A DNA stretch of 61,076 nucleotides, counting the filler, from Malassezia furfur (Eukaryota): NCBI GenBank assembly GCA_052055015.1. It is 5 parts of 5 records of this genome, joined end to end, with 100 filler letters (N's around TTAATTAATTAA, not from the genome) between each part and the next. Parts side by side here need not be neighbours in the genome. Positions count along the whole stretch, not along the records: positions 49,012 to 61,076 come from JBQJIT010000344.1; 4 more parts are not named here. The stretch is one strand, 5' to 3'. Position 1 is the stretch's first letter. Each line of letters begins with the position of its first letter. This document shows, in pieces, positions 55,376 to 61,076 of this stretch. Under the pieces are notes generated by a model. That model did no database searches and was not told the origin of the DNA. It saw only the letters and a program-made list of their open reading frames with translations. A program made the position numbers and the translations under genes.

Positions 55376-58300
55376 ATGGCTTCGCAGCGGGGCGACGCGG
55401 CGGGGTCGCGCGACGAGGACGCGCCGGCGTCGCTCGTGGGCTTCCACTGTACGTCTCGGCACTCACCCAGCGATCGCCTCTATGCTCAATCATCCGCGCC
55501 GGCGGCCCAATCCGATCGACCCGAGCGCGTCCAAGTTTCCGCCGATCGGCCCGGCGTCGCACGCGCTCTCGGAGCTCGCGGCGCCGGACACGGCGGTGCT
55601 CGAGACGTACCTGAGCCGATACAGCGCGCTGTTTGAGCGGTACGAGCGCGAGCGCCTGCATGTCGAGCGTGCCGACGCGCCGGCGGACGAGCGCGCGGCG
55701 CGGCGCCTGCCGCCGCTCAGCACGGTGCCGCAGGTGTTCTTTGGCGCGGAGTTTGACCTCAACAAGCAATACACGTTTGATCTCGTTACGGAGCGGTACA
55801 AGCAGAGCACGGCACTCGGCATGGATGGCGCCGAGTCGTCGTCGTACGGCGTCGTGCTCAACCAGATGCTGCAGGAGAAGCTGAGCTACTACTCGGACGT
55901 CATCGAGCAGCACCTGGTCGTCGAGATCGGCGCACGCAGCGCGTCCTTCTTTGACGCGCTCGAGACGCTGCAGCAGCTCAGCAAGGACACGGCCGCATGC
56001 ATCGCGCAGATCGACGCGCTCCACGCGCACCTTGCGAGCGTCGGCGAGCAGGTCGCGAGTGGTCTGCGCCTCGCTGCGCTGCACACCGAGCGCGAGCAGC
56101 TCGCGAAGCAGGCCGCAATGCTCGACGATGTGCGCCGCCTGCTCGAGCGCCGCGACCTTCTCTTGCTGCTTGTGCAGCACGGCGAGCTGGAGAATGCGCT
56201 CGCGGTGCTCGACGAGCTGCGCGGCGAACTGGCGGGCGGTGCACCGCTGCGTGCGCTGCAGCCGCTCGTGCCGCAGCTCGACGAGGCGCAGGCGAGCATT
56301 GGCGCAGCGCTCCAGCGCGAGTTTGCGCAGCTCCTCGACGACGCGGTCGAGAAGCAGCCGCCCGTCGACCTCGGCGCGGCGCACGCACGCGACGTCGCCG
56401 TCGACGCCGTGCTGCCAGCCGCCGAGGCCGCTGAAGATGCGGCGTGGCCCGAGGCCGCGCGCGTCGTGGCGCTTTTGCAGCGCTGCAGCGCACTGGGCGG
56501 CGCATTGGCGACGTACGCCGAGCAGTCGAGCCGGCGTCTCGAGCGCGTTGCAGGCGCCGCGCTGGCACACGACGCGGACTTTGTGTGGTCGGCGGCGCTC
56601 GTGCGCGAGAACGACGAGGCGCTAAAGCGCGTGCGCGCCGCGACGTGGGACGAGTACGTGGGGCTGTGTGCAGTGCTGTTCCGCGCTGTGCTGCTCAGCG
56701 CGCGTGTGTGTGCGGCACAGGACGCACAGCTGCGCCGCGCCGCTGCCGACAGCCGCGAAGCCGCCGAATCGCTCGACACGGCGACGCATGCCGTCTGGAC
56801 GCGTGCGCAGCGCATCGCCACCCAAGTGCTGTCGGCGCGCACGTCGCGGCTCACTGAGGAGCCGCTCGAGGCGTTTGTGCCGTACTTTGCGCTCGCGCGG
56901 CAGTTTGTGCACCGCATCGAGTCCGCCAACGACCGCGCGGCCGTCGGCCTGCGCAGCGCAGTGCTGGCACAGGCCAAGACGTTCTTGGCGCATCTGCACA
57001 AGACGCGCATCGAGCGTGCAGTCAAGGCCGTCGAGGAGGAGGTGTGGGCGCCAGCCCCCGTGCCTCCTGAGCTCGTGCGCACCGTTATGCAGCTGCGCGC
57101 GACGGCGGAGCGCGACGGCGACGCGTACACAATCACGACGCGGCTGTTTGCCGCGCCGGCGCCGGCGGCGCCCGCCGCGACGGGCGAGGCGCAGCGTACG
57201 CTGACGCTCGACGACGAACGCTACTTTGTGGTGCGCGCGAGCGGCGTGGTGCTGACGCTGCTGAGCGACTATGTGCGTGTGCTGGTCAACCTGCCCATGT
57301 TTGCCGCCGAGACGCTCGGGTGGGTGGTCGAGTTTTTGAAGCAGTTCAACTCGCGCACGTGCCAAGTGGTGCTCGGCGCAGGGGCGATGCGCTCCGCGGG
57401 CCTGAAAAACATTACTGCGCGGCACCTCGCGCTGGCGTCGCAGTCGCTGTCGCTGATGGTGTCGCTGATTGCGCCGCTGCGGGCGCTGTGTGCGCGCCAC
57501 CTGCGGCCCCAGCAGGCGGTGTTGCTGAACGAGTTCGACAAGCTGCAGCGCGACTTTTCCGAGCACCAGCTCGAGATCCACGCCAAGCTCGTCGCGATCA
57601 TGGGTGACCGCATCCAGGTGCACGCCCGCGCGCTGGCCTCCCAGCACGACTGGGACGCGCCGTTTGCCGACGACGCACCGCCGAGCCAGGCGGTGCAGGA
57701 CCTCGTGCGCGAGACGGGCACTTTGCACCGCGTCATGACGCAGTACCTCGACGCAGCCTCGGCCCAGGCGATCCTCGCCCGCGTGTGCCAGGACATTGAC
57801 GCGAGCTGGAGCGTCGCCCTCGGCAAGATCGAGGTGCGCACACCCGAGGCGCACCAGCGTATGCGCCGCGACGTCGAACACATCGCGAGCAAGATGCAAG
57901 CGCTGCACGAGCCGGCGTGGAAGGGCGAGCGCCTTGCCGAGGTGCTCCAGACCAAGACGCCGCCGCCCGTGCCGCCGCCGTCGGTCGCGCGCGCGTCGAT
58001 GGAAAAGAGCGGCGGAAGTGCAACGCCGCCGCTCGCGTACCGCCCGCGGTTCTCGTTCGGGAAGCGGCCGCCCGCGACGCAGTCGCCGCGGCTCAACGCG
58101 ATGGACGCGTTCGAAGGCGGCAAGGAGCCGGGGACCCCTGCGCGTCTCAGCCAAGAGGGGCGGCCGTCGTCCGAGGCACCAGCGCGCAAGTCGCAAGAGG
58201 AGCGTACCGACGCGCCCAAGCCGCCTCCCGCGTCAACGACGTCGCCTGTGCCGCCACCACGCGAAACAGCAACGTCTCCGGCGCCCCCCGTGCCTGCGCG

Positions 58301-60620
58301 CGAGGACGCCAAGGTCGCTTCGCCGTCGCACGAGGCGCCGCCGCCGCCGGTACCGGCCAAAGACGCCGACGAGCGCACTGTGTCTCCGGCACCGCCGGCA
58401 GCCGACAAGCCGATGCCGCCGCCCGCAGTAGCGCCGCCTCCGAGGCCTGCGTCTACGGAACGTCCCTCCGACGAGCAGCCAGCGCCGCCGCCGAAGCTGC
58501 AGGTGCAAACCCAGCCGAGTCCGGCGCCGGGCCCCGAGTCCAAAGCGTCGCCGAGCGGCCCCAGCACGCCCGCCGACGCCGAATCCCGCGCGTCGTTGGA
58601 CGCTGCACCGGCGCCGCGTACGTCTGTTGAGGCGCCCATTACACCCAAGGACCCCTCTGCGCCCGCTGCGACGCCCACGACGCCGACCGACGCGCCGCCG
58701 ACGTCCGGAGCGCTTGACACGCCCAAGGACACGCAAGAGGCTGTGTCGCCGCGTGCAAAAGGACCGCGATCGTCGGGCCGCGTGGCGCTGCAGCAGCGCC
58801 TCGCCGAGTCGATGCGCCGCCGCGCAGCAAAGCCCAAGGCAGGCGCAGACGCAGCGCAGGCCAAAGCGCCCGCTGATGCTGGGGTCAAGGCCTCGAGCGA
58901 TGAGCGCAAGACGGAGACGGAATCGACGCCGACTGCACCGAAAGAGGCTCAGGCGAATGCCGCTGCCGCTCCCTCCGCTACGCAAGCTACCGAGCCTAGC
59001 TCGATGGAGACAAAGGCAGAGCGTGCGGAAGTGCCAACAGTGCCCGCCGAGCCCAAGGAGGCCCAAGGTATTCCTGAGGCTAAGGATACGGCGAAGGAAG
59101 CCATCGACACAAAAGAACCGACAACCGAGGTTGCCGCAGCGACGGAGGCGGTGGACGGAGCTGCCGATGCACAGAAACCGGCCGTCGAGGGTTCAGAAAC
59201 AAAGGAGCCGGCGGTGGAGGCCGTGGAAGCAAAAGAGCAGGCAGGCGAGACCAGCGACGCGGAAAAGCCGACCGTCGGGGCTACCGATGCGAAACCGGCG
59301 GGCGAAGTTGCCGAGGCCAAGCCAACGGCCGAGGCCGTGGAATCCAAGGAGTCTGTCGTCGAGGCTGCGGAATCCAAGGAGCCAGCTGTCGAGACCGTGG
59401 AAACCAAGGAGCCAGCCGGCGAAGCCGTGGAATCCAAGGAGCCAGCGGGTGAAGCCGTGGAATCCAAGGAGCCGGCCGTCGAGGCCGTGGAATCCAAGGA
59501 GCCAGCCGTCCAGGCCGTGGAATCCAAGGAGTCTGTCGCCGAGGCCGTGGAATCCAAAGAGCCGACCGTTGAGGCTACCAAAGCTGAGCCAGCTGCCGAG
59601 GCCGTGGAAACCAAGGAGCCGACCGTTGAGGCCGCGGAAACTAAGGAGTCGGCCGTCGAGGCTACCAAAACTGAGCCGGCCGTCGAGGCCACAGAAGCCA
59701 AGGCGTCGACCGTCGAGGCTACAGACGCGAAGGAGCCGGCCGTCGAGACCGTGGAAACCAAGGCACCGACCGTCGAAGCTACCAAAGCTGAGCCGGTCGT
59801 CGAGGCCTCAGAATCCAAGGAGCCGGCCGCCAGCACCGAGGTGCAGAAACCCGTCGTTGAGGCCGAGACGAAGGAGTCCCCAGCCGACGCCGCCAAAACG
59901 GCGCCAACAACCGTGGAAGAGCCGCCCGCGGTCCGCAACGCAGAGGACACGCCCACGGCCGCCGACGAAACGCTAGCGAGCCCGAGCAAGGCCGAGCCGG
60001 TAGCAGCCTCGGGTGTGCCCGAGTCGGGTGAAGCGCCTGCGCCCTCGCTCGAGTCCGAGGTGCCGGCCGCGCCCGAGAGCGCGACGACCGCTGCGCCGGA
60101 GGAGCCTGCAGAGGCGCCGGCGGCACCGGGCGGCCCGAGTGCAGAGGATGCTGAGCTCACCGCGCCGGATGCCGCTGGGCCTGCAGAAGCAGAGGTGCCC
60201 CGTACGCAGGAACCAACCGAGGCCGCTACGGAAACCCCCCGCGCGGACGACGAGGCCCCGTTGACGGAGGCCCAGACCCCCGGCACCGCGGCTGAGCCTG
60301 TCCAGGCCCCCGGCACCGCGGCTGAGCCTGCCCAGGTGGCCAGCATGGAGGCTGAGCCCAGCGCCCAAGACCCGGCGGCCAGCGCCGAGCCCATTGCGGC
60401 CGAGGCACGCGGTACCGATGCCGAGCCCAGCGCGGAAATCGAGGCGCCTAGTCGTACCGCCGCCGAGGCGCCGTCCACGGAGGCCGAGGTAGCCGGCCCG
60501 GACGCCACGCCCAACACGGAGGCGTCCAGCCCCGCAGCCGAGGCACCTGGCGCGACCGCCGAGGAGGCCCCCGCAGTGGAGGCGGAGCGTTCCGAAGCGG
60601 CCGGCGCCACTCCCCCATAG
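55376..60620 (+). CDS. VPS54: GARP complex subunit Vps54 with very long Pro/Ala/Glu-rich C-terminal extension; intron 55449-55470
   Basis: PPLSTVP.VFF...FDL....TF, LQEKLSYY.D.IE..LV.EI..RS.SFF.AL and FNSRTCQVVLGAGAMRSAGLKNITARHLALASQ motifs. Confidence 0.92.
59180..59880 (+). repeat. Coding 30-bp minisatellite (EAVESKEPAV)n inside VPS54
   Basis: AATCCAAGGA or a close variant recurs in exact 30-nt register at 59341, 59371, 59401, 59431, 59461, 59491, 59521 and 59551, with degenerate 27-30 nt units on both sides. Confidence 0.92.
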
Positions 60621-60672
60621 ACGAATGCGTAGCCACACGCCAGGGCGGCTACGGTGCGTTGCTAGTGTACAT

Positions 60673-61076
60673 CTATTCGTCGTCGATCCGCGCGGTCGCG
60701 GGATCGGGCGCCTTGCCGCCGCGTGCGTTCCCCCGCCCTGCGTGGCCGCCGCGGCACGCGCGGCGTCCGCGGTCGGGTCGTCCGCCGCGCGCCGCGCGTT
60801 CGGCGCGCTGCTGCTCTTGCTGCACGCGCCGCGACTCCTCCTCGAACCAGCGCTCAAACGCCTCGGCGTCCTGCTGCTCCTGCCGGCGGCGTTCGGCCGC
60901 GAGGCGCTCCTCGTGCTGGATCTGCGCAAAGCTCGTGGGCGTCTGCATCGCGACCTGCGCCCGCAGCCCCTCGGTGCGCTGCTGCTGCTGGATCTGCGCA
61001 AACGACAGCGTAGGCGGCGACACGTACGGTGCGGGTGGCGAGGCGGCGCCCGGCCCCCACTGTGGCGAGGCGCCGC
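60673..61076 (-). CDS. C-terminus of probable BTB/ankyrin/RCC1 protein (Btb1/IBTK-like), 5' truncated
   Basis: SFAQIQQQQ...SFAQIQ.EE...AF..WF.EES followed by an RGG tail. Confidence 0.5.
   Translation of the reverse strand, partial: GASPQWGPGAASPPAPYVSPPTLSFAQIQQQQRTEGLRAQVAMQTPTSFAQIQHEERLAAERRRQEQQDAEAFERWFEEESRRVQQEQQRAERAARGGRPDRGRRACRGGHAGRGNARGGKAPDPATARIDDE

Noticed and set aside
59180..59880. 30-bp periodic repeat as a CRISPR array
   Set aside because: It is an in-frame coding repeat with no unique spacers, in a eukaryotic context with no cas genes.

Overview
Eukaryotic, GC-rich and extremely gene-dense fungal DNA. Gene content and the 21-30 nt introns point to a Malassezia-like basidiomycete (inference). 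The window is not one locus. It is five contigs of decreasing length (12252, 12167, 12122, 12070, 12065 nt) joined by artificial 100-nt linkers (N44-TTAATTAATTAA-N44), so gene order across linkers is meaningless. About 45 mostly housekeeping protein genes can be reconstructed once micro-introns are removed, including RPL10, RPL19, RPS27, PEX13, MSW1, NHP2, CAR2, NUC1, LSC2, a DNF1-like flippase, VPS54, eIF3d and BUD32. The most interesting signals are invisible in the ORF track: (1) a spliced non-coding host gene at ~30190-30750, head-to-head with NHP2, with three intron-nested box C/D snoRNAs (snR78-, snR77-, snR73-like), variant AGGAT-type C boxes, a 4-nt exon and a spliced 6-codon mini-ORF; (2) a candidate H/ACA snoRNA at 45477-45630 (-); (3) pervasive ultra-short introns, including six 21-22 nt introns in one phosphatase gene (four in-frame and stop-free, one GC-AG); (4) a RluA pseudouridine synthase fused to a THUMP/degenerate methyltransferase-like module; (5) near-zero intergenic spacing with recurrent CACGTG motifs. 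Family assignments and rRNA target positions come from motif recognition and recall, not from database searches.
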